Below, one piece after another: positions 8,831-18,829 of a stretch of 64,000 nt of DNA (its first letter is position 1; every line of letters starts with the position of its first letter). The notes beneath the pieces are model-generated. The model was given only the letters and a program-made list of their open reading frames with translations, did not search any database and was not told the DNA's origin. A program made the position numbers and the translations under genes. Location: contig OZ250169.1 in NCBI GenBank assembly GCA_965237955.1, positions 4,032,001 through 4,096,000 of the forward strand, given 5' to 3'. Source of the DNA: Candidatus Marinacidobacterales bacterium (GTDB lineage: Bacteria > Acidobacteriota > Vicinamibacteria > Marinacidobacterales > SMYC01).

Positions 8831-11077
8831 TCAGGATTCGGCTGTGGCTTGAACTTCGACGACGGCTCCGTCTTCGCGGCGTTTGGTGACTTCGCCGATG
8901 ACCGCAACATGGTCGAGTTTTGCGAGCGCATTCTCGACCGCGCTTTCCGGAAGGCCGAACAAGAGCCCGCCCGACGTTTGTGGGTCGAACAAGAGCTCGA
9001 GCTTCGGGTGGCGCGCCGCCTCAGGGCGAATGACGATACCCTTTTTGGCTTTCTCGTTCTCGGGATGAAAGGTACTGCGAAACCCTTGTGCCAAGAGCTC
9101 GACGGCGCCCGGCAGCGCCGGAAACTTCGATGCATCGAGAACAGCACTCACACCGCTCGCGCGTAACATCTCGGCGAGATGGCCCAAGAGTCCGAATCCG
9201 GTAATATCGGTAAGCGACTTCGCACCAAGCTCAGCGATAATGCGCGCGGCAGCGGCATTGCTTCCGGTCATCGACTCGAACGTCGTCTGAAGCCATGGGC
9301 CGGAAACGCGGCCTCGCATGTCCGCATGCAAGAGAACGCCAGTTCCCAAACCCTTGGTGACGAGAAGGCGGTCTCCGACTTCGAGGCCATCGATCGCGAG
9401 AAGCGATCCATTAGCGAACCCATCGACGGAGAATCCAACGAGAAGCTCGGGCGCCGTGGTCGTGTGTCCGCCCAGAAGCGTCACACCTGCGGGATCGAAC
9501 ACCGCCCGCGCACCCGAGAGCACTTGAAAGAGAATCTCCTCCGCTTCGTCGGGCGGAGCGTCCTTGGGAACCGCGACCAGTGCCAGGGCGTAGCGTGGAT
9601 CGGCACCGGTCGCGTACAGATCGGAGACCGAGTTCACCGCGGCGACTCGTCCGACGAGGTAGGGATCATCGACGAATGCACGGAACGCGTCGACGCTCGA
9701 GACGACGATATCTCCGCTGGGGGTCACGTACGCCGCCGCGTCATCGGGCTCGTCGAGGCCCAGTTTGACGGTGTCGTCAGTTGCACGCGGTGGGAGACGA
9801 CCGAGCGCGCGTTCGAGAACGCTCTGCCCAACTTTAGCAGCGCAGCCACCGCACAGCATCTCCATTTCCTGCGACATATCGGGAAGACGTTTGAACTCGT
9901 CGGTCATGGTACCGTCCCGATCCAACACCTGGAACTTCGTCATGAAGCGACGATCGATCCAATCCTTGAGCCGAAAAACCCATTCGCCTTCGAACGACAA
10001 CCCTGACTTCGCGCCGAGCGCGGTGCCGTCGCCGAGGTTCAAGAGCGTGAGAAAATCTTTTTGCGGCCGATAATTCTCGAGTGCCCTGCCTTCGATCTTG
10101 GCGCGGAGGTTATCGGCCAAGTAGGGGCCTTGGCGCACGGCGTACACACCGGCCTTCGGCGTTTGGGGGTAATCATTCATCGTTGCGCAGTCGCCAACCG
10201 CGAACAGATCATCGTGGCCTTCGACTTGCAACGTGGATCGCGTGCGCACGAACCCGCGGGACTCGGTCGGTAATCCCGAGTCGGTAAACACCGGATGGCT
10301 CACAGCGCCCGTCACCCAGATCAAAGCGTCGTACGGCATGGTGTCGCCGTCTTCGAACACGATGACGTCATCCCGCGCCGACGCCACGCGGCGCCGGGGC
10401 ACGATATCGATACTGCGCTCCCGCGCGTTGCGCCGAACGCGCTCGACGAGACTCCGAGGGTAGCCGGGCAGCACTTCATCGAGCGCGTGTACGAGCGCCA
10501 TCTGGATCGCAGAATCCTCGCGGACCCCGAGCCGCTCCCAAAGCGTGAACCCGAGCTCCACGCCCCCGGCACCGCCCCCCACGATCACGACCCGAAAGCT
10601 CGAGCCCGGCTTGCGACTGCGAACCTTCTCTACGAGCGCCTCGGTTCTGCGCACGAGTTCCGTGATGGGTCTGGTGGGCAACGCGTGCTCCCGGATGCCG
10701 GGAAGCTCCAACCCCACCACGGTTGATCCGATGTCGACGGATGCAACGTCATACCGGATCGGCGGGCGATCCGCGAGGTGCACCAACTTTTCGCCTGCAT
10801 CGATACGGGTCGCGGGCGACAGGATGACCCGCGCCATGGCACGCCGTGCGAGGGGCACCACGTCGATTTCGAGCTCGTCGGCCCGATACTGACCAGCGAC
10901 GAAACCCGGGACCATGCCCGAGTAGACCGCGACCGGCTGATCGACCACCACGGTCATGTGGGTCGACGCCGGTGGCTTCATCGCGAAGCGGCGGATCACT
11001 TGAACGTGGGAGTGACCTCCCCCTACGAGAACGAGCTCAGTTTGCGTTTCCGGTCGGGTTCCGTTCGTCGTCGACAA
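8831..11077 (-). CDS. selD: FAD/NAD oxidoreductase-selenophosphate synthetase fusion
   Basis: N-terminal LVLVGGGHSH, YSGMVPG, IVGGGAGGVE, FAVGDCA and PKAGVYAVRQGP; C-terminal CGGCAAKVG, PDDAA, GGHT, DITGFGLLGH and LLFDPQTSGGLL. Confidence 0.92.
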   Translation of the reverse strand: MSTTNGTRPETQTELVLVGGGHSHVQVIRRFAMKPPASTHMTVVVDQPVAVYSGMVPGFVAGQYRADELEIDVVPLARRAMARVILSPATRIDAGEKLVHLADRPPIRYDVASVDIGSTVVGLELPGIREHALPTRPITELVRRTEALVEKVRSRKPGSSFRVVIVGGGAGGVELGFTLWERLGVREDSAIQMALVHALDEVLPGYPRSLVERVRRNARERSIDIVPRRRVASARDDVIVFEDGDTMPYDALIWVTGAVSHPVFTDSGLPTESRGFVRTRSTLQVEGHDDLFAVGDCATMNDYPQTPKAGVYAVRQGPYLADNLRAKIEGRALENYRPQKDFLTLLNLGDGTALGAKSGLSFEGEWVFRLKDWIDRRFMTKFQVLDRDGTMTDEFKRLPDMSQEMEMLCGGCAAKVGQSVLERALGRLPPRATDDTVKLGLDEPDDAAAYVTPSGDIVVSSVDAFRAFVDDPYLVGRVAAVNSVSDLYATGADPRYALALVAVPKDAPPDEAEEILFQVLSGARAVFDPAGVTLLGGHTTTAPELLVGFSVDGFANGSLLAIDGLEVGDRLLVTKGLGTGVLLHADMRGRVSGPWLQTTFESMTGSNAAAARIIAELGAKSLTDITGFGLLGHLAEMLRASGVSAVLDASKFPALPGAVELLAQGFRSTFHPENEKAKKGIVIRPEAARHPKLELLFDPQTSGGLLFGLPESAVENALAKLDHVAVIGEVTKRREDGAVVEVQATAES

Positions 11078-11176
11078 AGCGCCCTATTGTAGCGCTGTCG
11101 GAACGCCGTGTCCCAGAATCGAACAGCGCACATCCGGTGCTGTGGACAAGACCGTTCGGCGGTGGGTGTTTCGGGC

Positions 11177-11192
11177 TGGCCCAGAACCTGCA
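11177..11192 (+). promoter_or_regulatory. Putative sigma-54 (-24/-12) promoter of the ADOP remnant
   Basis: TGGCCCAGAACCTGCA has GG-N10-GC spacing; a TGTCCC-N5-CGAACA enhancer-like dyad lies at about 11109-11125. Confidence 0.4.
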
Positions 11193-11206
11193 CTAGAATC
11201 ATTATT

Positions 11207-11590
11207 ATGCTGCACGATCTCCGCCATGCCCTTCGCTCCCTGACACACGCGCTCGGGTTCACGACCGCGGCGCTTTCGACTCTCGCCCTCGGCATCGGAG
11301 CGACCACCGTCGTTTTCAGCCTCGTCAATGGCCTGTTGCTTCGACCGCTCCCGTTCGGAGACGGATCGCACCGTGTCATCTCGCTGCACGGAACGCACCC
11401 GACTCAATTTCCCGAAGATTGGGACGACGCCGGAGTGTCGTACGCAGACCTTCTGGACGTGCGCCGGGAGAGGTCGGCTCGCGTACGCGAGCCGGGTGAG
11501 GGGGCGCTGCCGAAGCCTGCTTCGACTCTGAATCCCACGACGGCGATCTCCCCGCGCCGCACGATCCTCAAGAGCAAACGCTTGAGATAA
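11207..11590 (+). pseudogene. 5' remnant of an ADOP/MacB-type ABC permease
   Basis: MLHDLRHALRSL...FTTAALSTLALGIGATTVVFSLVNGLLLRPLPF...VSYADLLDVR; similarity is lost after about 11470. Confidence 0.8.
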
Positions 11591-11599
11591 GCTAGCAGC

Positions 11600-12325
11600 G
11601 TGGTTGCCTCCATTCCCTTTCGCGACATCGAAACGGTGTTCCTCGATGTGGGGAATACGCTCGTTTCCATGGACTACGTCTGGATTCGTGATGAGCTCGC
11701 GAACGTTGGGGTCTCGACGGAGCTCGAAGTCCTCATGCGCGCGGAAGCGGCAGCGCGTCCAGTCGTCTCTCGAGCCGTCGCGGGCAAGGGATCCACGGAG
11801 GGCTTCAGCATCTTCGAGCTTTACTTGAAAACGATCCTGAGCAACCTCGGGACGTCGGCGGACGCGATACCCGCTCTTGTCGAAAGCCTGGTGCCGATAT
11901 TCCGCGGTCCGGGGCGCGAGCGACTATGGAGCTACGTGCTTCCCGGAGTACCCGAAGCGCTCCATCAATTGAAGTCTCTCGGTCGAACGCTCGCGGTCGT
12001 CAGCAACTCGGACGGAACCGTGGAGCGGGTTCTCGAACGACAAGGACTCAGACCCTATCTCGACGCGGTGTTCGATTCGCACATCGTGGGTTTCGAGAAA
12101 CCCGATCCGAGACTTTTCTTGCACGCACTCGAGGCGACCGGCACTCACGCCGAGTCGACGCTTCATGTGGGTGATCTCTATTCCACGGACATCGAAGGCG
12201 GGCGCGCCGCCGGCGTTCATACCGCACTCGTGGATCCGTTCGACGATTGGGATGGCGTCGATTGCCCGCGCTTCAAAGACCTCGAGGCTCTCTCTCGAGC
12301 GTTTCGTGCTAACGTTGGGCCGTGA
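11600..12325 (+). CDS. HAD-superfamily hydrolase (REG-2-like)
   Basis: FLDVGNTL, VVSNSDG, EKPDPRLF and HVGDLYSTDIEG motifs. Confidence 0.9.
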   Translation: MVASIPFRDIETVFLDVGNTLVSMDYVWIRDELANVGVSTELEVLMRAEAAARPVVSRAVAGKGSTEGFSIFELYLKTILSNLGTSADAIPALVESLVPIFRGPGRERLWSYVLPGVPEALHQLKSLGRTLAVVSNSDGTVERVLERQGLRPYLDAVFDSHIVGFEKPDPRLFLHALEATGTHAESTLHVGDLYSTDIEGGRAAGVHTALVDPFDDWDGVDCPRFKDLEALSRAFRANVGP

Positions 12326-12843
12326 ATCCGATGGCACCCAGGACTCTCATCTCGATTTCTTTGCTGGCGGTTGCATCGTTCGCCTTCGGGCAGGCGACTC
12401 CGACCGTCTACGTCACCGTCAACGAGAACGAAACCCTTTCCAAGCAAGAACGCCGCGAGTTGGCAGATTCGGCGCGGGACGTCCGCGAGCAGCTGAAAAA
12501 GAGGAACGGCGTCGAAACCGCTGAAGATCGGGACGACGCCGATGTCGTCGTCACTATTCTCGACCGACGCATCGAAGTGAATGAATCCGGCACCAACGAT
12601 TGGGGCGGAGCACTCAGCCAGACGCACTACGAGAGCCGGTACATCGTGTTTTTCCGCTTCGAAAGCGGCGCTACGATCGAAGAAGCCGAGATCGCGCTCG
12701 CCGGCGCGTTCGTGACATGGAAGCGCGTCGCGGGCGTCCTCGCCAAAGACGCCGAAGAATGGGTCCGCAAAGAGCGGCGGAAACAGAAAATTCACGCTTC
12801 CCCCTCATCGAGTGAGGAGGGATCACAGGCGACTGGAAGCTGA
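12322..12843 (+). CDS. Hypothetical secreted protein
   Basis: Signal peptide ending AFG; coupled to the HAD gene stop (GTGA). Alternative start ATG 12331. Confidence 0.65.
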   Translation: MNPMAPRTLISISLLAVASFAFGQATPTVYVTVNENETLSKQERRELADSARDVREQLKKRNGVETAEDRDDADVVVTILDRRIEVNESGTNDWGGALSQTHYESRYIVFFRFESGATIEEAEIALAGAFVTWKRVAGVLAKDAEEWVRKERRKQKIHASPSSSEEGSQATGS

Positions 12844-12871
12844 CGTAGACTACCGCGCTCAAGGAGGCGTT

Positions 12872-13333
12872 ATGAAACATCTGTCGATGGTTTTGTTGTT
12901 GATTGCATTGCTCGCGGGGCTCGGTCTGTTTTGGCCAGGAGAGTCCAAAGGTGCCACCGAGCATCGCTTCTTGAACGTGCCGGGGCGAAGCGGTAACAAC
13001 CCGTACAGCGATGCGGTTCTCGTCGGCGATACTCTCTATCTGGCCGGTGACATCGGCATCGATCCAGCGACGGGCGCTCCGCCGGAAGAAGTCAAAGACG
13101 AAGTCAAGAACTTGATGGACGGCATGAAACAGCGGCTCGAAATGGTAGGTATGAGCATGGACGACCTCGTCATGGTCAATGTGCACTGCCCGGATCTATC
13201 GTTTTACGCCGACTTCAACGACGTCTATCGCACCTACTTCTCCGACCATTTCCCAGCGCGCGCGTTCATCGGCTCGGGGCCTCTGCTATCGGGAGGGCGG
13301 TTCGAGGTCACCGCGATCGCCGCTCGTCAGTGA
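12872..13333 (+). CDS. RidA/YjgF family protein with N-terminal signal peptide
   Basis: RBS AAGGAGG; PYSDAVLVGDTLYLAG, FNDVYRTYF and FPARAFIG motifs; hydrophobic N-terminus. Confidence 0.88.
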   Translation: MKHLSMVLLLIALLAGLGLFWPGESKGATEHRFLNVPGRSGNNPYSDAVLVGDTLYLAGDIGIDPATGAPPEEVKDEVKNLMDGMKQRLEMVGMSMDDLVMVNVHCPDLSFYADFNDVYRTYFSDHFPARAFIGSGPLLSGGRFEVTAIAARQ

Positions 13334-13430
13334 GGAACTCGCGGAGTGGAAACCAGTGCTCAGCGCGGCGGCTGCGTCGTTCCCCCTCACCCGGCTGCTA
13401 GCGAAGGCGGGAGGGGGGAGAGGGTAGGGC

Positions 13431-14429
13431 CTAATCAAGAACGTTTTCGCGGTAGGCGTAGAGAGCCGGGGATCCTCCGGTGTGGATGAAGAGGATGTTT
13501 TGGTCCTTTTTGAAGAACCCTTTGCGCGCGAGGTCGATGAGGCCCGCCATGGTTTTGCCGGTGTAGACGGGGTCGAGTAAGACACCTTCGAGTCGCGCGA
13601 GCATCCGTATCGCTTCTCCCATCTCGGGTGTCGGCAAGGAGTATCCGGGACCGACATAGTCGCCGAAGCAGAGCACTTTGTCTCGCGGGATCTCGGAGCG
13701 CACGCCGAGCCGCCCCGACGTTTGCCGCACCAAATCGTAGACTTTCTCCTCTTGGGCGTCTTTCGGGCGACTGACGTTGATCCCGACGACGGGGATGCTT
13801 GCGTTGGCGCCCTCGAAGCCAGTGACCAGCCCGGCGTGCGTTCCCGAACTTCCGCTTGCCGTCACCACTCGATCGATGGCGATCTCGGACTCGAACGTCT
13901 GCGACAATATCTCGAGTGCGCACGCAACGTAGCCTGTCGCCCCGATGGGATTGGAGCCGCCGCCGGGGATCACATAGGGCTTCCGCCCTTCGGATTTGAG
14001 CCCGTCGGCAACAACCGCCATCTCCGTATCCATGTTCGAGCCACCGGGAACGACACGAACCTCTTCGACACCGAGTAAACGAAAAAGAAAATTGTTGCCG
14101 CTCGCGTCAGCGTCGTAGCTACGTTCGACTCTCTCTTCCAGTACCAGCCGGCACTTCAAACCTTCCTTGACCGCGGCGGCCAAAGTCAGCCGGCAGTGGT
14201 TCGACTGGACGGCCCCACATGTCACCAGAGTGTCGGCGCCTTTGTCGAGCGCATCGGCGACCAGGAACTCGAGCTTGCGCGTCTTGTTGCCGCCGGACGT
14301 CAGACCCAAGAGATCGTCGCGCTTGATGTAGATCGTCGGGCCGCCGAGCTCCGCTGAGAGACGCGACAGTTTTTCGATGGGTGTCCGGCCTTCCGTGTAA
14401 CGCCGGCGCGGGAACCGTGCCAAGTTCAT
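13431..14429 (-). CDS. dcyD: D-cysteine desulfhydrase (PLP, ACC deaminase family)
   Basis: IKRDDLLG, GGNKTRKLEF, QSNHCR, SGSSGTHAG, LDPVYTGK and HTGG motifs; RBS AGGAGG. Confidence 0.92.
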   Translation of the reverse strand: MNLARFPRRRYTEGRTPIEKLSRLSAELGGPTIYIKRDDLLGLTSGGNKTRKLEFLVADALDKGADTLVTCGAVQSNHCRLTLAAAVKEGLKCRLVLEERVERSYDADASGNNFLFRLLGVEEVRVVPGGSNMDTEMAVVADGLKSEGRKPYVIPGGGSNPIGATGYVACALEILSQTFESEIAIDRVVTASGSSGTHAGLVTGFEGANASIPVVGINVSRPKDAQEEKVYDLVRQTSGRLGVRSEIPRDKVLCFGDYVGPGYSLPTPEMGEAIRMLARLEGVLLDPVYTGKTMAGLIDLARKGFFKKDQNILFIHTGGSPALYAYRENVLD

Positions 14430-14505
14430 CGGCACCTCCTTCGGCCGGATTCTCTGAGGTTTTTACTCGTAGTGCAAGGCTTGGACCGACGGGACTCAGG
14501 CTTCG

Positions 14506-16440
14506 TTAGTGATCGAGCGCCGCGAGGGCGTCGCCGAGCTCCGCCGCCGTCTGGAAGCGCTCTCCGGGATCCTTCGCCAGGCAGCGAAGAATGAGGCTCG
14601 ACAACTCATCCGGTACACCCGGCCGGACCTCTCCCGGGTTGGGAGGATCGACTTCGAGGTGCATTCTTTCGACTTCATTGATGTAGTCGCCGTTGAACGG
14701 CCGGCGCCCGGTGACCATTTCGAACACGACGATCCCGAGGGAATACAGGTCCGAGCGCTCGTCGACGCTCTCACCTCGGATTTGCTCCGGCGAGGCGTAC
14801 ACCGGCGTACCGACGAACCTGCCGTGGCGTGTTATCTCGGGCCCGTCGACGAGACGGGCCAAACCGAAGTCCGTGATCCGAGGCTCGCCGTGCTCATCGA
14901 TGAGAATATTGGACGGTTTGATGTCGCGATGGATGACGTTAGCGCCGTGAGCGGCCGCCAACGCGGCCGCGAGCTTGGCCCCGAGCAAAACCGCCCTTTC
15001 GAAGGTGAAGGGCGCTTCTTTCGAGATGACCTCGGCGAGGTCGGGGCCATCCACGAACTGCATGGTGACGTACTTCTGACCGTTGTCGTCACCGAGATGA
15101 TAGGTCTTGAGAACGTTCGGGTGGGTGAGGTCTCGAGACAAGAGCACTTCGCGGCGCAGCCGGACGGCGGCGTCTCCATCGGTGCTGTATTCGCGCTTGA
15201 GAAGCTTGATCGCGATGTCGGTCCGGAGCAAAGTGTCGCGCGCCTTGTACACTTCACCGGCGGCGCCTTGTCCCAGGCGACTGAGTAGCTCGTAGCGCCC
15301 GTCGACGCAGCGCGGAGCGTCGGCCGAAACCGATTCCTGGCGCGTAGCTTCATCGATCGTCGTTCGCGGCAGGTTGCCGTCTGGACGGTGGGCACGTTGA
15401 ACGCTCGGTAGCTCGCTGAACCACCGTTTGAAGAAGAAATTCGCGAGCGCATAACCGCCACCAGGTGCACGGTGAATGAAGCCGAGATGTTCCAGCCGCG
15501 ACAGATCACCGTTCAGCACGGACGACTCCACCGCGAGAATGTTCCCGATGGAATCGGTCGTCGACTCTCTCCGTGCACTGACGATGCGGATGATATTGCG
15601 CTCGGTCTCGCTCAGCATCTCGAAATCGACGGCGAAGAAATGCCGAACCATCTGGTCAGCGGCAATCTCCTCGATCGCCTTATCGAGGTCTCCGAGCTCC
15701 ATGTATCGCTCGCACACGAGCTGGAGGAGGTAGGGATGGTTGTTGCAGCGTTCTCGGATCGTTTCGATGGTACGCTCGTCGACATCTGGCCGAGAATCCT
15801 CGGGGAGGTGCGACTGGCGGATCAGAGACCGTGCGGCGTCGTCCTCGAGCCCGAAGACGTAATGCGGCGGTGTGAAACCATGAAGAAATGGCGACGTGCT
15901 CGTGTCTTCGTTCGCGAGCTCCCACAGCTTGATCTTGGACGCCAGGACGGTGCGGATGTTCTCTGCCGATTGCAGGGCCCGCCGCAGACGACGCAAGAAC
16001 CGGGGCTCGCGCTCGTTGATGGTGATGAGCTCTTCCACTTCGTCACCGAGAAGCAGAAGCGTAAGCTCACGCGAGCGAAGCTCGCGGCGGAGGCGATTGA
16101 TGGACTCGAACAGATCGTCGGCCTCGACGCGCTCGAGCGGAACGCCGATGTCTTCGAGACGGTCCATCGCGTCGAGGAGCGAGTCGCTCAGGCTCTCGTG
16201 GAGATCTTCCGGCTTCTCTGCACCTTGGAAGTCCCAGAACAACGGGAAGTAACCGAGCTCCGCCGAAAGTGACGTCCGTCGCTCCAGCTCTTTGAGTGTG
16301 GACGTTTTGCCAACCCTGCGAGTGCCTAGAAGCCAAAGACAGTTTCGATTGCCGTGAAGAATGTCTTGGATGAGCTCGTTCCGTCCGTAGAAGCTATCCC
16401 CACGAACCCACTGGCCGACAACGTAGGGCGTCACCGACAT
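14506..16440 (-). CDS. STAND-like P-loop ATPase + wHTH + Ser/Thr protein kinase
   Basis: TPYVVG..FYGR, Walker A GTRRVGKTS, Walker B LLLLGDE, HPYLLQ; kinase motifs LGQGAAGEVY, IAIK, HRDIKPSN, DFG and GTPVYASPE. Confidence 0.9.
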   Translation of the reverse strand: MSVTPYVVGQWVRGDSFYGRNELIQDILHGNRNCLWLLGTRRVGKTSTLKELERRTSLSAELGYFPLFWDFQGAEKPEDLHESLSDSLLDAMDRLEDIGVPLERVEADDLFESINRLRRELRSRELTLLLLGDEVEELITINEREPRFLRRLRRALQSAENIRTVLASKIKLWELANEDTSTSPFLHGFTPPHYVFGLEDDAARSLIRQSHLPEDSRPDVDERTIETIRERCNNHPYLLQLVCERYMELGDLDKAIEEIAADQMVRHFFAVDFEMLSETERNIIRIVSARRESTTDSIGNILAVESSVLNGDLSRLEHLGFIHRAPGGGYALANFFFKRWFSELPSVQRAHRPDGNLPRTTIDEATRQESVSADAPRCVDGRYELLSRLGQGAAGEVYKARDTLLRTDIAIKLLKREYSTDGDAAVRLRREVLLSRDLTHPNVLKTYHLGDDNGQKYVTMQFVDGPDLAEVISKEAPFTFERAVLLGAKLAAALAAAHGANVIHRDIKPSNILIDEHGEPRITDFGLARLVDGPEITRHGRFVGTPVYASPEQIRGESVDERSDLYSLGIVVFEMVTGRRPFNGDYINEVERMHLEVDPPNPGEVRPGVPDELSSLILRCLAKDPGERFQTAAELGDALAALDH

Positions 16441-16443
16441 GCT

Positions 16444-18819
16444 CTAGAGCCCCTCCGGCTGGCAGACGGTCTCGAGATCCGTCAACGTGAAGCTCCGCCG
16501 CTGCTCCTCGTGGCCTCGATCCACGAGCGCACAGCAGATCCTCTGGATGAGATAGGGCTTGCAGCTGGTCCGCCGGAGGATCTCGTCCACAACACCGTCC
16601 GCGAACGTAAAAACGCCCTTGACCGGCGCCTCGATGAGTGCAGCTGCCTCTTTTCGATCCAGCGGCTAGACCTCGATCTCCTGGAAGAAGTTGTACCAGG
16701 GGCTGCCTTCTCGCTCCCATTGTTTTTTGATCGCCACGCCGGAAACGACCGAGACGAGACTGTCCGCGAACGTTCTCATGAACAAACTGCGTAGCTTTTG
16801 GTTGACACGGGGGTCGTAGTCGTTCAGCTCGTCGACTTCATCGATCAACAATGCGAGCTTGATACGCTTGGTCGAGCCGTTTTTCAAGGCTTTGACCACA
16901 CCGTGGAGATCCTTCACGAACTCGCGGTAGCCGTACATGTCCTCGTCGAGCGACGGATGGGGCTCGAGACCGCCCAAGCGAGGTTGAAGCTCGTCGAAAA
17001 TCTAGGTTGCGAGCGTGGCGAAGAATTTGTCCTCGGGCGTTCCCTGATCGATGAAAACCGGATAGAAGACGTGGTCGGGATCATCGAGCGTGGTCAAACA
17101 CTTCTTCAGCTGGTGCTGGAACGACGTCTTACCGATACGTCGCTCACCGTACAGAAGAATGCTGTTGTTGTAAACTCTCCGCAAGACGTGGTCCAGCAAC
17201 TGTTCGCGTCCAAAAAATCTCTTTTGCTCCAGAATCGGAGCGCCGGCGACATAAGGATTGAAACGCCTTCGCAGAAGCTGCCGGCGACGGTGGGCCTTGG
17301 TGCCGACAAGCCCGAAGCCGAGACAAATCAACGCGGCACCGATCGACGCGGGAAACCACAACGACCTCGAGAACGGGACGACGTACTCGACCGAGTACGC
17401 TTCTTGCGTCGATTTGCCCCCTTGATCGACCGCAACGAGCTCGAGCGTAGAAACACCCGGAGGGAGCTCGTGCTGGAATCTGAATTCGGTAATCCAAACA
17501 CCCAAAAACTCTCTGCTGTGGACGCTCGTCTTCCCGACTTCCTCGTCCGCGCTTCGGATCGAAAGCTCGACCGGAGTGTTGTCGTACACGGTCCCGGTGA
17601 GGACGAACTCGGGTGAGCGGATCACTTCGACGCGGGCTCCGTCAACTCTATCCACGCGCACATCGTCGAACAGAATCGAAGGAGGTGCGTTGTCGATCGC
17701 CAGCAACGCATCGCTGAGCCCGGCGTACGCTCGCGCGATATGCCGTAGCGCGCCTTCGTGGTCAGGCGCCAGAGCCAACACCCGGTTGGCGCTTCTCAAC
17801 GCCTGCTCGAAGTTGCGAGCCTCGAGCTCGCGTTCCGCTCGGCTCAGTAGAGTCTGAACTCTATCGCCCTGGTCAGCCGCAGCTTGCATCGCAAGAATGC
17901 GTTCCTGCTGGCGGCGGGCCTCCACGTTTCGCGGATCGGCAGCGAGCACGTGCTGCAACTCACTCAGAGATTGCTCCAGCTCGCCGGCGACCTCGAGCTC
18001 AGCCGCGCGCTCGAGACTCTCGCGGACGAGACGTCGGTTCTCTGGTTCGTCCGCCCCGGCGAGAATACCTTCCTGGGCCTGTGTCAGAAGAGCTAACGTA
18101 TCCGCATCGCGACGAAGATCGAGCGCGCGGGTGAAGCTCAGCGCCGCTTCTCGATAGTCTCTCGACGCCAAGCTCGCTCGCCCCTGCTCCAACAACCTGG
18201 CGACCCGCTCGCCGGCTTCTTGCTGGCGTTGCCGGGCGGCGACGGCAGCGAGCACACGCCGCCGCAACTGCTGAGCGTCTTCGAGCTCGGGCGCCACCGC
18301 GATTACTTTCGCGATCGCATCGAGAGCTTGGTCGAAGCGGCCCTGCCCCTCTAGGCGCCGCGCCTCCCGGAGATTCTCGGCAACGACTTCCTCGGCGCGG
18401 AGTCGTCGTGCATCCTCCGCCTCTGCTTTGGCCTCCAGGATGGCATCTCGGTAGCTTTGGAGCTCCGCATAGTCTTTTGCGGAGCTCTGAATCTCGCCTT
18501 GACGCTCCTCGGTCTCGAAAGCTTGTAATGCGGCGTCTGCCTGGCCGAGACGTTCGTAAGCAACACCAAGCTTCAGAAACGGAAAGTACGCGATGAACCG
18601 CATGCCGTAGGTACGGGCCCGTGCGGCCGAGCCGGGCTTTTGCTGCACCGCATCGTTGAGATGGCGGATCGCCTCGCTCCAGTTCTCGTCTTCGAGAGCC
18701 TCCTCGGCCCGATGATAAGACTCGAACCACGTTTGCGCGAAAACTCGAGGAGCACGAGCGAACACCAACGCGAACGCGAGGGCGGAGACCAAGGCGAGGA
18801 AGCGCCATTGACTCTGCAC
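16444..18819 (-). CDS. Signal peptide + TPR repeats + Ig-like domain + TM helix + cytoplasmic STAND-like ATPase; two in-frame TAG codons (17002, 16666)
   Basis: GTG 18819 after GAGGT; TPR helices; TM FPASIGAALICLGFGLV; NPYVAGAPI..FFGRE, GERRIGKTS and LLIDEVD. One frame continues across both TAGs to KPYLIQRIC...EGL* at 16444. Confidence 0.8.
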
Positions 18820-18829
18820 CGAGACCTCG

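Noticed and set aside
16666-17004. Amber recoding (pyrrolysine or alternative code)
   Set aside because: TAG ends many clear genes here (for example 1805, 2607, 7577, 52518, 54338, 56603), and no pyl genes are visible.
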